Source: Candidatus Poribacteria bacterium | GTDB taxonomy: Bacteria > Poribacteria > WGA-4E > PCPOR2b | Length of the DNA stretch: 64,000 nucleotides | Reading direction: 5' to 3' | Assembly: GCA_963665285.1 (NCBI GenBank) | Contig: OY762266.1 | Coordinates: 1,032,059 to 1,096,058 of the forward strand | Shown: positions 47,590 through 58,537 of the stretch, piece after piece | Position numbering within the stretch: the first letter of the stretch is position 1 | Layout: every line of letters begins with the position of its first letter | Notes under the pieces: generated by a model | The model's database searches: none | Seen by the model: only the letters and a program-made list of their open reading frames with translations | What the model was told of the DNA's origin: nothing | Program-made: the position numbers and the translations under genes

Positions 47590-48380
47590 TACGCCTGAAC
47601 TACTTTGAGAAATTCCTGCACTTCCGATGGGACAAGGTGATCCACCGAATTTCCCGCCTGAATTTGCGCTCGGATGTCCGTCGAAGAAATCTCCGCATAA
47701 AAGTCTGGCAACTCAATAAGATCGATCCCGTTCGCGTAACGACGGTAGTCCGGCGCTCCCATCGTCTTGCTCACCGCATCCGCATCGTAGTCTTGGCGGT
47801 TTGCAACGATGAAACGACATTGATTAAAAAGGGCTTCCAATGCACCGTGCAAATCGGTATAATATTTCGGATCGAACAGGCGAATGAACGTATCATAGCC
47901 GACAATGAATGAAAAGTGTGTGTCAGGGGGATACGCAGGCTTTAACGCTTCAATCTTCTCAATAAATTTGCCATGGCTGCAAGCGGCAACCGAAAAATCC
48001 TCCCGGCTCGCCGCGTATTCTTTGAGTATCAATAAACGATCTGCTAGAGAAAGACCGAATACACCCTTATCAACATTTGCCCTTGCCAAAATCAGCAAAA
48101 TCTCATCCAGATCGTATTTCTTCTGTGCTGCTTCAATCATTTTGATATGGGCAACAGTGAGCGGGTTAAAAGATCCGGAAAAGATGCCGAGTCTCCTATC
48201 ACTCTCCTTGATATGTCGAGCAGCGCGATAAACCGAGCGAATTTGGGGAGCACCGTTGGGATCTAACTGATCAACAAGTGTCTCCAGACAGCGATTCTCA
48301 TCAGAATGTTTGCGCGTTTGAATGTCTCCCAAGATTAACTCCTCCCTAAGCCGACCTCGATTGTAAATCGACAGTTGCAA
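47580..48380 (-). CDS. Cytidylyltransferase-like nucleotidyltransferase (NadD/NMNAT-like)
   Basis: GSFNPLTVAH variant of the (H/T)xGH nucleotide-binding motif. Confidence 0.45.
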   Translation of the reverse strand: MQLSIYNRGRLREELILGDIQTRKHSDENRCLETLVDQLDPNGAPQIRSVYRAARHIKESDRRLGIFSGSFNPLTVAHIKMIEAAQKKYDLDEILLILARANVDKGVFGLSLADRLLILKEYAASREDFSVAACSHGKFIEKIEALKPAYPPDTHFSFIVGYDTFIRLFDPKYYTDLHGALEALFNQCRFIVANRQDYDADAVSKTMGAPDYRRYANGIDLIELPDFYAEISSTDIRAQIQAGNSVDHLVPSEVQEFLKVVQAYQD

Positions 48381-48409
48381 TTCACCATGTCTTTAGAGTA
48401 GCACCACCT

Positions 48410-51400
48410 ATGCCAATTATCAAGCGAAATTTTAACAATCTGGCGTCCTATCTTGCGGAGTTCAATTTGAGAATTCAAGCGGTGCAGCAATCACTGATCA
48501 ATACATATTTACGGTGTATCCACTACGCTGTGCTTGCCGTGCTGCTAATCGTGATTTCCATCGCTACGGTAGGCAAGGTTTCCGCTGATACCGAAGCACC
48601 GATTACCAGTCATCAGAGGATGCTCGCCCTGCTCAAGCAGATCGCTGACCAAACCGCTGAAACGAACAATTACCTCGGTGAGGGGATAGCACGTCAACTC
48701 CGTAGACACCTCGCCAATCTACCCGTCAACGCCTCGGATCTTACCCGATGGCGTCTCCATACAGAGCTGGGCGAGGCGGAACTTCGGCTCGGCAATGAAG
48801 AGGCCGCAATCGATCAGCTCACACAGGCAGGTAAACTGCTGCCCCGCTTGAGAGGGCAGCTTTCTCCCCTGATGGCGAATCAGGCACTCTTTCGCCTCGG
48901 CGTAGCATACATGCGACAAGGCGAAACCCAAAATTGCTGCCCCAGCCAGAATGGGATTCAGAGCGACCCCGACAGTTGTATTCTGCCGTTGCGAGAAGGC
49001 GGGATCCACACCCAGCAAGAGGGTTCACTAAAAGCGATAAACTACCTCACAGAGGTGCTGCGAAACACAACGGTTGAGTTACCCCTCCATCTAGAGGCGA
49101 GATGGCTGCTCAACATTGCCTACATGACGGTCGACGATTATCCAGAGGGTGTTCCCAAGCCATACCTCCTGCCCCCAGAAGCATTCCAATCCGCAGAAGA
49201 AATGCCGCGTTTCACTAACATCGCACCACATCTGGGGCTTGATACATTCGATCTATCCGGCGGTGCAATCGTCGATGACTTCGACAACGATCACTACCTA
49301 GATATCGTCGCTTCGACGTGGGATTCCGCAGGACAGATCCGATTTTTCCGAAACAACCGGGACGGAACCTTCGCAGAGCAAACAGAACAGGCAGGGCTTC
49401 TCGGTTTGTACGGCGGATTGAACCTCCTCCAAGCAGATTACGACAGCGATGGCGATGTTGATATCCTTGTGTTGCGAGGTGCTTGGTTGGAGGCAGCAGG
49501 TCAACATCCCAACTCCCTGCTGCGCAATAATGGTGACGGCACCTTCACGGACGTAACCTTCGATGCCGGTTTAGGCGAGGTGCACTATCCCACTCAAACA
49601 GCATCTTGGAGCGACTACGATAGCGATGGCGATCTCGATCTATACATCGGAAACGAGTCAACCGAATCGTTCAATGCCCCGTGTCAGCTATTCCGCAACA
49701 ACGGTAATGGCACTTTCTCCGATGTGGCTGCGCAAGCCGGTGTGCAGAACTACGGTTTCACCAAGTCAGTAATTTGGGGCGATTACAATGCGGATCGGCT
49801 TCCCGACCTTTATCTGTCCAATTTCAAAGGTGCCAACCGTCTCTATCGCAATAACGGGGATGGCACTTTCACCGATGTGGCAGCGGAACTGGATATCGAC
49901 CTACCGATGCGCAGCTTTCCCGCGTGGTTCTGGGACTTTGACAACGATGGAACGCTGGACCTGTACGTATCCGCCTATTCCGCTGGCATCTCACATCTCG
50001 CAGCAAACGCTCTCGGTGTCTCCATAGGTGCCCCACCCGCTGCAGCGGGAGCAGAATCGAGGACGACTTATCATAACCGTCCCGATCCAAGTGAGAGCGG
50101 ATTACCACATCTGTATCGCGGGGATGGGCAGGGCGGTTTCAAGGAGGTCGCACGCCGACACAATCTAGTGCAACCCAACGCACCGATGGGATCAAACTTC
50201 GGTGATCTTGACAACGATGGGTATCTCGACTTTTACCTCGGCACCGGATACCCAGATTATAAGAATCTCATGCCAAGTGTGATGTATCGCAATCGACGGG
50301 GCATAGATTTCGTGGACGTAACCTACACCGGAGGATTTGGGCATCTGCAGAAGGGACACGCTGTCGTTTTCGCGGACCTCGACAACGACGGCGACCAAGA
50401 TATCTTTGAGCAGATGGGCGGTGCCTTTCCGGGCGATGGATATAGTAACGTCCTGTATGAAAACCCCGGCTTCAAAAACCATTTTCTCACGATTAAACTT
50501 GTCGGTGTGGATTCCAACAGGTCAGCGATCGGGGCGCGTATCCATGCCGAGGTCGTCGAAAATGGGGAGCGACGCTCGATCTATAAGCATGTCAACAGTG
50601 GGGGCAGCTTCGGTGCCAATCCACTTCGGCAAACAATCGGCTTAGGGAAGGCGGAAAAGATCGAGACGCTCGAAATTTTCTGGCACACCACCGGACTCAC
50701 ACAAACATTCCACGACGTACCTCTCGACCAGTTCATCCGGATTGCCGAAGGTGAGACGCAATACACAATTATCGAACTCGAAAAATTGAAATTGGGGTCA
50801 GAGGATCAGATAGGGGACGAAGGATCTGAAGTTTCTCAGAATCGTCACAAGGTTCATTCTGCACGGGTATTGCAGCCTACTTCGGAAGGCAGCGAGTCCT
50901 CTGCTTTCGCGGAATATTACAATCGTGGGCTAGACTTAAGTAAAAGCGAAAATTATCTGCTCGCTGTGGAATCGCTCAAAAGAGCCATCCAAATTGACCC
51001 CAACCGTGAGGAGGCGCACCGTCTCCTTGGACGCATCTACCTGTTTTACCTCGCCAAAACCGCAGAGTCAATCGAATCTCTCCAAACCGCGCTCAAGTTG
51101 AATCCCGATAATCCCATCGCACACCAGATGCTTGGCGTAGCCTACTTCAGACACAATCAATATCCAGAGGCGATTCAGGCGTTGCGCCGAGCTATCGAAT
51201 TGGATCCTAAAGTCTCCCCGGATTACCCGTACCACCCATACTATGACCTCGGCATGGTCTATCTGAAACAGGGCAATTTTGATGATGCGATTATCTGCTT
51301 TAAAAGAGCAATCGAACTGGACCCAGATCAGATTCGTGCGTACTACAGTCTGGGCAACACATATATCCGACAAGGGAACGTCCAGAAAGGTGCCGAGCTG

Positions 51401-51889
51401 ATTAGAAAGTACCAAAGCCTCAAACCTTATATGAATTTCGTTTCGCAACTTGAGATCGCCCTCCAACAGGATCCAGACAACCCAGAACGTTGGTATCAAC
51501 TCGGACACCTTCACGCACAATACGGTAGGTTTGAAAAAGCTATCACATCTTTAGAACAATCTACCAAACTTAGTCCCAAAAACTGGGAAGTTTACAATAT
51601 ACTCGCAGTTTGCCACATGAGACTCAACCAACTGGACAAAATGCAGCGTGTGTGTGAAACCGCTGTCCGCCTCGCTCCCGATGAACCCAAGGCACATAAT
51701 ACGCTTGGGATGAGCCAGTTCCTCCAAAGAAAGTATTCCGACGCGATACAGTCATTTACGACTGCTATTCGACTTGACTCACATAACCCGGAGTTCCACG
51801 AAAATCTCGGCGAAACATATAAACGGTTGGGCGAGCCAAAAAAAGCTGCTCAGGAATTCCGAATCGCGCGGCAACTCCGAACAAAATAA
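48410..51889 (+). CDS. CRTAC1-family protein: FG-GAP/VCBS repeats plus ASPIC/UnbV domain, with N- and C-terminal TPR repeats
   Basis: Repeated DYDxDGDxDL segments; UnbV block NRSAIGARIHAEV...SGGSFGANPL; C-terminal TPR array. Confidence 0.8.
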   Translation: MPIIKRNFNNLASYLAEFNLRIQAVQQSLINTYLRCIHYAVLAVLLIVISIATVGKVSADTEAPITSHQRMLALLKQIADQTAETNNYLGEGIARQLRRHLANLPVNASDLTRWRLHTELGEAELRLGNEEAAIDQLTQAGKLLPRLRGQLSPLMANQALFRLGVAYMRQGETQNCCPSQNGIQSDPDSCILPLREGGIHTQQEGSLKAINYLTEVLRNTTVELPLHLEARWLLNIAYMTVDDYPEGVPKPYLLPPEAFQSAEEMPRFTNIAPHLGLDTFDLSGGAIVDDFDNDHYLDIVASTWDSAGQIRFFRNNRDGTFAEQTEQAGLLGLYGGLNLLQADYDSDGDVDILVLRGAWLEAAGQHPNSLLRNNGDGTFTDVTFDAGLGEVHYPTQTASWSDYDSDGDLDLYIGNESTESFNAPCQLFRNNGNGTFSDVAAQAGVQNYGFTKSVIWGDYNADRLPDLYLSNFKGANRLYRNNGDGTFTDVAAELDIDLPMRSFPAWFWDFDNDGTLDLYVSAYSAGISHLAANALGVSIGAPPAAAGAESRTTYHNRPDPSESGLPHLYRGDGQGGFKEVARRHNLVQPNAPMGSNFGDLDNDGYLDFYLGTGYPDYKNLMPSVMYRNRRGIDFVDVTYTGGFGHLQKGHAVVFADLDNDGDQDIFEQMGGAFPGDGYSNVLYENPGFKNHFLTIKLVGVDSNRSAIGARIHAEVVENGERRSIYKHVNSGGSFGANPLRQTIGLGKAEKIETLEIFWHTTGLTQTFHDVPLDQFIRIAEGETQYTIIELEKLKLGSEDQIGDEGSEVSQNRHKVHSARVLQPTSEGSESSAFAEYYNRGLDLSKSENYLLAVESLKRAIQIDPNREEAHRLLGRIYLFYLAKTAESIESLQTALKLNPDNPIAHQMLGVAYFRHNQYPEAIQALRRAIELDPKVSPDYPYHPYYDLGMVYLKQGNFDDAIICFKRAIELDPDQIRAYYSLGNTYIRQGNVQKGAELIRKYQSLKPYMNFVSQLEIALQQDPDNPERWYQLGHLHAQYGRFEKAITSLEQSTKLSPKNWEVYNILAVCHMRLNQLDKMQRVCETAVRLAPDEPKAHNTLGMSQFLQRKYSDAIQSFTTAIRLDSHNPEFHENLGETYKRLGEPKKAAQEFRIARQLRTK

Positions 51890-51905
51890 AATAACGGATG
51901 GACGA

Positions 51906-53549
51906 ATGCAACGAAAGCCAAAACATTGGTTGCTCCTGATAGTCAACCTCCTGATTGTCCCTTGCCACGCACAGATGACGACTCAATTCGTTGATGTCAC
52001 CGCAGCGGCAGGAATCACCTTCAAGCACGTCAATGGTGCCAGTGATCGCAAGTTCTATCTGGAAACAATGGGATCCGGCGCAGCTTTCTTGGACTATGAT
52101 AACGACGGGGATTTAGACCTTTACATCGTCAACGGCGCACCGTTATCCGGTTTTGAGACGGCTACCCCACCCACGAACATCCTCTATCAAAACGACGGGG
52201 ACGGCAAGTTCACCGATGTCACTGCGACGGCAGGAGTGGGAGACACCAGCTACGGTATGGGCTGCGTTGCCGCAGATTACGACAACGACGGTGACTCAGA
52301 TCTATACGTGACCAATTTCGGGCAAAATCTTTTATACAGGAACAGTGGGGATGGCACATTCACCGATGCGACGGTTCACGCCGGGGTGGGAAACGGGCAA
52401 AAATGGAGTTCAAGTTGCGCCTTCGTGGATTACGACCATGATGGCAACCTAGATCTCTATGTCGTCAACTACCTCAATTATGACATAGCGAAAGATCGGG
52501 ATTGGCATGATCCTCGCGGAAGGCGGATTTATTCCAATCCGCAGGTGTATTCAGGCGTCTCAGACACCCTTTACAGAAACAGTGGCGATGGGACGTTTAC
52601 CGACGTAACAGAGCAAGCAGGGGTCTATAATAACGATGGCAAAGGACTCGGTGTCACCTGCGGGGATTACGACAACGATGGGCGTATCGATATCTATGTC
52701 GCCAACGACACAACGCCCAACTTTCTCTACCGCAATGTCGGTGACGGGCGTTTTGTGGACATTGGCCCCTTTGTAGGCGCAGCGTATAACGAGCACGGCG
52801 TTGCGGAAGGTGGGATGGGGGTCGATTTTGGGGACTACAACAACGATGGTGCTCTCGACATTTTCGTCACTAACTTCTCCAACGAAACAAATACACTGTA
52901 CCATAACACCGCAGACGGTGCCCTAATTGACTTTACAAACATTGCAGGGCTGGGGGAGGTTAGTTTTCTGAAATTAGCTTTCGGGACAAAGTTCTTCGAC
53001 GCGAGCAACGATGGCGCATTAGATCTCTTTGTCGTAAACGGTCACCTCTATCCAACGGAATCTGATGCGCTCGAATACGCACAAACCGACCAGCTTTTCA
53101 TCAACACAGGGGAGGAGACTTTCGTGGATGCTTCCGCGCAATCCGGTGAGTATTTCGCGACCAAGAGGGTGGGGCGTGGTGCCGCCTTTGGCGATTACGA
53201 TAACGACGGCGACACCGACATTTTTGTCGTGAATCTGAATCAGGAAGGGGTGCTGCTCCGCAACGAAGGCGGAAACAAACACAACTGGTTGACAATAAAA
53301 ACCGTGGGGGTCAAAAGCAACCGCGATGGGATAGGCACACGCGTCGAAGTTGTAACCCGCTCCCATGCCCTGATGAAAGAGGTGCAAGCCGGATCGAGCT
53401 ATCTTTCAGGACACGACCTACGGCTCCTCTTTGGGCTAGGGACAGAAACGAAGGCGGAAACCGTGAAAATCACCTGGCCCAGCGGGGTAGAACAAACACT
53501 CAAGGACGTTGAAGCGAATCAACTTCTTATCGTTACTGAGGACAACTAG
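51906..53549 (+). CDS. CRTAC1-family protein (FG-GAP repeats plus ASPIC/UnbV)
   Basis: Signal peptide; DYDNDGDLDLY repeats; UnbV block NRDGIGTRVEV...AGSSYLSGHD. Confidence 0.8.
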   Translation: MQRKPKHWLLLIVNLLIVPCHAQMTTQFVDVTAAAGITFKHVNGASDRKFYLETMGSGAAFLDYDNDGDLDLYIVNGAPLSGFETATPPTNILYQNDGDGKFTDVTATAGVGDTSYGMGCVAADYDNDGDSDLYVTNFGQNLLYRNSGDGTFTDATVHAGVGNGQKWSSSCAFVDYDHDGNLDLYVVNYLNYDIAKDRDWHDPRGRRIYSNPQVYSGVSDTLYRNSGDGTFTDVTEQAGVYNNDGKGLGVTCGDYDNDGRIDIYVANDTTPNFLYRNVGDGRFVDIGPFVGAAYNEHGVAEGGMGVDFGDYNNDGALDIFVTNFSNETNTLYHNTADGALIDFTNIAGLGEVSFLKLAFGTKFFDASNDGALDLFVVNGHLYPTESDALEYAQTDQLFINTGEETFVDASAQSGEYFATKRVGRGAAFGDYDNDGDTDIFVVNLNQEGVLLRNEGGNKHNWLTIKTVGVKSNRDGIGTRVEVVTRSHALMKEVQAGSSYLSGHDLRLLFGLGTETKAETVKITWPSGVEQTLKDVEANQLLIVTEDN

Positions 53550-53563
53550 TCACGTCTCATGTG

Positions 53564-54667
53564 TTACATTCTCCAAGGCACCGACACCCCAAGCTCATCT
53601 GCCAACTCTTCAAGGCTCACTACTTGAGACTTGTGGAGCGGAATACCGTTCGCACGACGTTCTTGGGTGAGTTCCCATTCGACTTCACCGGGAAGCGTAA
53701 CCCGATCAAATCCCGCCCGCGGTTCGGCTTTGCGGGTCGTGCGGATCTGCTCGTCCATCTCCTCCTTAAATTGATCCACTGAGGTCAAACTCGCAACGTT
53801 GATAGCGAAGAAAAAGTGAGCGGTCGCCATTTTTTCAGGCGGTGCGTTCCGTCGATTGTACGCTTTATTGATCCCCATCAGTCCACCGCCCAACGGTCCA
53901 CACAGCACATCCATAATCATGGCGAGTGCAGAACCTTTTGGACCCGCAGCGGGCAGGATAGCCACCACCTTTGACGGATCATCAGTCTCTTCGCCATTCT
54001 CGTCCAGTCCCCAGCCCAAAGGAATCTTCTGATTATACATCCGCGCTGTCCCAATTCTACCAGCAGCGGCAGCACCGCACGCCATATCCAACACAATCGG
54101 AGGCTCTTCGCCAGCAGGGATGGCGAAAGCAAGCGCGTTGTTGCCGATTGAGTTGGTCCTCGCGCCAAAGACCGCCACGTTCACACCGCCTCCATTGGTC
54201 GTCGCAAAGCCGATCATGTCGTGTTCAAGCGCACGCATCGCATGACTAGAGGCAGCACCGAAGTGTTGGCTGTTGCGCACAACCACAATGCCGATCGAAG
54301 TTGCCTTCGCTTTTTCAATAGCGAGGTTCATTCCGTGGATAGCAACAAGGTGCCCCAAGCCACGATCGGCATCGAGTAGGGCAGACGCAGGATTATCTGC
54401 AAGTATCTTAATGTCGGGATTCGGGTTGGTGCCACCGTTTATCATCCCCCGCACATAGCCCGGCACACCACGTGTAGCGTGTGACGGAACGCCTCGCAGA
54501 TCCATTAAAACCTGCATCTGAGCAATCGTGTCGGCATATTCCCGTGCGACACCCGCCTTTTGGTACAGTTGGCTACAGACCTGTTGGAGCTGGTCTGCGT
54601 TGACAGTTGTTTCCTGTTCGCGTTGATTCATTTTAATCTCCTCATGCGTGAAACGTAGAACGTTCAA
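53564..54667 (-). CDS. Ldh_2 family (malate/L-lactate/sulfolactate dehydrogenase type 2) oxidoreductase
   Basis: HFGAASSH and surrounding pattern typical of Ldh_2. Confidence 0.75.
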   Translation of the reverse strand: MNVLRFTHEEIKMNQREQETTVNADQLQQVCSQLYQKAGVAREYADTIAQMQVLMDLRGVPSHATRGVPGYVRGMINGGTNPNPDIKILADNPASALLDADRGLGHLVAIHGMNLAIEKAKATSIGIVVVRNSQHFGAASSHAMRALEHDMIGFATTNGGGVNVAVFGARTNSIGNNALAFAIPAGEEPPIVLDMACGAAAAGRIGTARMYNQKIPLGWGLDENGEETDDPSKVVAILPAAGPKGSALAMIMDVLCGPLGGGLMGINKAYNRRNAPPEKMATAHFFFAINVASLTSVDQFKEEMDEQIRTTRKAEPRAGFDRVTLPGEVEWELTQERRANGIPLHKSQVVSLEELADELGVSVPWRM

Positions 54668-55137
54668 GGACGAATGTAAAGATTGTACGGTCGATTAAGT
54701 CCATCTGGATCGCCCTGATCCAACAGCATATTCGGTGTTTTTCCCAAAACACACCGAGCCACCCACCGATTGAGGGCGGGGATTTCGTCTGGCGAAAACG
54801 CTTCAATCTGCTCAAGGGTAAAGTATCCAGCGGCATCAACCTCGCGTCCATCGGGAATGGGATCATGCGATTCCACCGGCGTCAATCTGAAAATGAGGTA
54901 GGTTGAGTTATCACCCTCCTTCACACGGTGGCGCACCCCAAGTAATCCATCAACCGCTGCGCGGATGTGGGTTTCTTCGTAAATCTCCCGCACAACTCCC
55001 TCATGGGCGCATTCTTCTGGCTTGACATATCCCCCTGGAATCTGCCACATCTTGGCACCGTAGGCATGATGAACCAAGAGCAGCTGTCCACCCCGGATGA
55101 CCGCCCCGCCAACACCGAGCGTAAATTTCCACTCCAT
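54664..55137 (-). CDS. NUDIX hydrolase
   Basis: Nudix box GGYVKPEECAHEGVVREIYEETHI. Confidence 0.8.
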   Translation of the reverse strand: MEWKFTLGVGGAVIRGGQLLLVHHAYGAKMWQIPGGYVKPEECAHEGVVREIYEETHIRAAVDGLLGVRHRVKEGDNSTYLIFRLTPVESHDPIPDGREVDAAGYFTLEQIEAFSPDEIPALNRWVARCVLGKTPNMLLDQGDPDGLNRPYNLYIRP

Positions 55138-55232
55138 ATACCCCCCTTTTCTGACTAGCGGTAGGAGCGATCCCCGAATCGCGACTTGCGTTATCTTAAC
55201 CTAAGTTGCTATTTATTGGAAATCCATCAGAA

Positions 55233-55293
55233 CCTGTAGGTCGAGATTCACATCTCGACACCCAACCGTCGATTATGGAAAATCGACCTACAG
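55233..55293. repeat. Copy 2 (complete) of the structured repeat: outer stem CTGTAGGTCGA / TCGACCTACAG enclosing two internal hairpins
   Basis: Seen directly; the 5' 33 nt are shared with 38835-38867. Confidence 0.4.
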
Positions 55294-55396
55294 AAATGAT
55301 ACAATTTGCACAGAGATTAGGGGCTATTGGTTTGAATATGCCCGCTCCTAGCAACTTGCGTTATCTCAGACGAAACTCAAACTCCCAAATAGCCCC

Positions 55397-56602
55397 TTAA
55401 ATCCCCCACCGCTCATTGATCTCATCTTGATAGCCAGTCACCCTGTCGTTGTAGACATCATCGAATTTCACAGCCTGACCGATCCACCCCGATTCATAAA
55501 TCGCGTTGCAAACCGCTTGCGCCTTCAAGCCATCAACCCCATCAAGCTCGGGTCTGCGCCGTGTGCGAACTGCGTCCAGAAAGTCGTAGACCTCAAGCAT
55601 CACCCCTTCCGTGATACCGTGCGGGAACAACCGCTCCTTCTCCTCTGTGCTAAGATTTGCCATGTAGGTGCTTTGCAAGGTATCTGGATCCTCAGTGCTC
55701 CCGTCCCATAGCTGCAACTCAGGCGATTGTGGGTATCCACCGGTGCTGTAGATGGAACCGATGCTTCCGTGATAGCTGTTATAGCCGATACTGCGTCCCG
55801 GGGCAGCACCGGTGTTGACCCATTGACCGATAACCCCACTCTTAAAGGTAATTGTTGCAAGTGCGGTATCCTCGACGGTCTGCGGTACATGGTTGCCGTC
55901 CGAATCTTTGAACTGGTGTTGGCTCATATTCTCCGATCGGGCGTAGATCTCATCCGGCTCACCGTAGAAATAGATGAGGAGGTCTATGTAGTGCACCCCA
56001 CCATCAATGATCCCGTTTCCGCCGCTCGTGAGTTTGTCTTTCCGCCATGTCGTCATCTCATCGCGCAAGAGATTTTCAGGATCTTTGTTAACACCCCCAA
56101 CACCCTGTCGGAAAAACATGCGAGGCTCCCCAATCCGTTTCTCTTTGTTGATCAGCCACTCAACAGTACGCGGTCCAACCCATCGGCGCACCTGCTCCGC
56201 AGTGGCGAGGATACGATCGTGTGCTGCTGCGCTCTCAATCATCTTGTGCCCCGCCCGGACTGTCACCCCAAGCGGTTTCTCAACGATAACATCAACCCCT
56301 GCCTCAAAGCAGGTAATTGCAAGTGTGTGATGCAGGAAATGGGGCCCACAGATGTCAGCGGCGGTCAATGTCTCCTGCGCTAGCATCTGATCAATATCGT
56401 CGTAGACTGCGGGTTCCACACCGTCCTGCACCTCGGCGGCTCTTGCAGCAAAGCCCTTCGCCCGATCTATATCGACATCACACATCGCCACAAAATCGAA
56501 TATATCAATACCACAATTCTTGAGACCAATATAGGCGCTCAGATGCGCCCCCGCCATCCCACCGCAGCCAATGATTGCCAATCTGACCTTGTCTGTTTGC
56601 AT
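55397..56602 (-). CDS. Gfo/Idh/MocA family NAD(P)-dependent oxidoreductase
   Basis: N-terminal Rossmann RLAIIGCGGMAGAH. Confidence 0.85.
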   Translation of the reverse strand: MQTDKVRLAIIGCGGMAGAHLSAYIGLKNCGIDIFDFVAMCDVDIDRAKGFAARAAEVQDGVEPAVYDDIDQMLAQETLTAADICGPHFLHHTLAITCFEAGVDVIVEKPLGVTVRAGHKMIESAAAHDRILATAEQVRRWVGPRTVEWLINKEKRIGEPRMFFRQGVGGVNKDPENLLRDEMTTWRKDKLTSGGNGIIDGGVHYIDLLIYFYGEPDEIYARSENMSQHQFKDSDGNHVPQTVEDTALATITFKSGVIGQWVNTGAAPGRSIGYNSYHGSIGSIYSTGGYPQSPELQLWDGSTEDPDTLQSTYMANLSTEEKERLFPHGITEGVMLEVYDFLDAVRTRRRPELDGVDGLKAQAVCNAIYESGWIGQAVKFDDVYNDRVTGYQDEINERWGI

Positions 56603-56652
56603 ACAGTCCTCCCTCTCTGAAATACCACACCGCTGTTTTTATTTTTCAACCC

Positions 56653-57549
56653 TCAATTTTTGTTGACAAGATAAATCCCATAAGCGACCAAGCAGGCACC
56701 CACAATCAGCCCAAAACCAATCTCATCGCCCAACAGCAGATAGCTCAAAAACACCCCGAACAGCGGCGTCAGAAAAAACAGAACAACTAACCTGCTCGGA
56801 CTATACTTCTCAAGGATCGATGTCCAAGACACAAAGCAAAATCCAGCAATCACGATGCCCTGATAGAAAATCGCGCTCACCCCGGAAATCGAGAAGTGAA
56901 AGTTAGCCCCCCGCTCCAAGAACAAGCTCGAAACGACAAAACATGGGATGCTGAAAACCATTAACCAGAATAGCAGCCGATACGGGTGGACGGATTGGAT
57001 GATGAGTTTGGTGACCACCGTCCGAAGACCTAACAGACAACCACTCAGCAAGACAATGAGGTCCCCGCGCAGGTAATCGTGCGAGTCAAATTTCAGATTG
57101 CCCCCGAAAGTCAGCAGGACACCACCAAATGCAAGGGTAATCCCAACTGTTTTCCTGAGCGAAAGCCGATCGCCCGGCACCCAGAAATGGGCGAACAACG
57201 CAGTAAAGAATGGGTAGGTGCTGATGAAAACCGTCGAGCGGGATGCCTCTGTGATTTGCGTTCCGAGGTTCAGCGTGGCAATCTGGAGCGTGAAGATCAC
57301 CGACACAAAAATCAGTGGGAGCCACTCACCCGGATTCATTCGGAGTCGAACCCGCTGATGTAATGACCACAACGTAATCGCGGCAAATCCGAGGAGAAAA
57401 CGCATCGTCGCGAGCGCAAAAGGCGGAACCCCCTGCAAGCCGATTTTAATCGAGACCGAGTTCCCACCCCAGAGCAGCCCAAGCAACAGTACCAACGCGA
57501 TGACCTTGACGCTTGGTTGGTCTGCGGCGATTTCAGGTTTTTCACTCAT
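56653..57549 (-). CDS. DMT superfamily (EamA-like) transporter
   Basis: Ten predicted TM helices in two EamA repeats. Confidence 0.7.
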   Translation of the reverse strand: MSEKPEIAADQPSVKVIALVLLLGLLWGGNSVSIKIGLQGVPPFALATMRFLLGFAAITLWSLHQRVRLRMNPGEWLPLIFVSVIFTLQIATLNLGTQITEASRSTVFISTYPFFTALFAHFWVPGDRLSLRKTVGITLAFGGVLLTFGGNLKFDSHDYLRGDLIVLLSGCLLGLRTVVTKLIIQSVHPYRLLFWLMVFSIPCFVVSSLFLERGANFHFSISGVSAIFYQGIVIAGFCFVSWTSILEKYSPSRLVVLFFLTPLFGVFLSYLLLGDEIGFGLIVGACLVAYGIYLVNKN

Positions 57550-57700
57550 GTTTTCTCGCGCTTCTTTCCTCTACGTTCCACATTTTAAGTTACGCATCAG
57601 GTTGGACATGTTATGTAAAACGCAAGAAGATCCGAATCGCAGGAATGCTCCCATCCTTCCCTTCCAACCCCTATTCACCCAATACCTAGAGAGATACTTC

Positions 57701-58501
57701 TCAATCATAATTACTTGGTCGATGGTCGCCTAGCAGTCGTCGTTGCCGCGGCGTTGCCTGTGAGAGAATCGCCTCGTCAAACTGAAATTTATTGAGATAG
57801 GGCGGAAATTTCTGTGTAATCATCCGCTTGGCGTAATGCACCTGCAATAGATAACGGTTCTGATCGCTCGTATTCGCCGAACCACGATGCCACACCTCGC
57901 TTCGGAAAACGACGACATCGCCGGCGTTACACAGGATGCTATGATCGCCAACCCCTTTCCACTCGACATCGCCATTTGGTCCCCGCCCCGCTTGATGACT
58001 CCCCGGAATAAACTTTGTCGGTCCTAGTTCCTCATATAGGTCATCAAGATAAAAATGGGCGGTGGTGATGAAAATTGGCACCTTCACGCGGGGATCCGTC
58101 AATACATCCGCTGGCAGGCTAATCGGCAGCCAATCGGTGTGTAAGCCCTGATCCGGACGCCCGGGACCCGTCGTCCACGCTGTCATCCCGATAACATGGC
58201 AATCCTCGCCGTGGATCGCCTCCGCTAACTCAACAATCTCCGGCTTATCAAGATATTGCAGGAAAACGGCATCCCGATTGAAAGCATTATTGATGTGTTT
58301 ATTGAGAAAACCGCCGTTCTCAGGGGTGCTGTATTTATCGAAACTTTCCGGTATCTGCGTCAGCCGGTCCATGGCATCTCGCAGTTCAGCAATCTCCTCA
58401 GCGTTGAGAACCGCAGGGAAGTAGACAAAGCCATCTTCCTCTACAGCTTTAACTCGACTTTCTAAATCTGGATATGCAATAAGTGGTAGTGCATCAGCCA
58501 T
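57701..58501 (-). CDS. PhyH family dioxygenase (paralog 2)
   Basis: HTDW...GSHQ...WHRGSAN pattern. Confidence 0.8.
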   Translation of the reverse strand: MADALPLIAYPDLESRVKAVEEDGFVYFPAVLNAEEIAELRDAMDRLTQIPESFDKYSTPENGGFLNKHINNAFNRDAVFLQYLDKPEIVELAEAIHGEDCHVIGMTAWTTGPGRPDQGLHTDWLPISLPADVLTDPRVKVPIFITTAHFYLDDLYEELGPTKFIPGSHQAGRGPNGDVEWKGVGDHSILCNAGDVVVFRSEVWHRGSANTSDQNRYLLQVHYAKRMITQKFPPYLNKFQFDEAILSQATPRQRRLLGDHRPSNYD

Positions 58502-58537
58502 CTATTCATTCCTCCCATCCTATTATAGTAGGCACGT

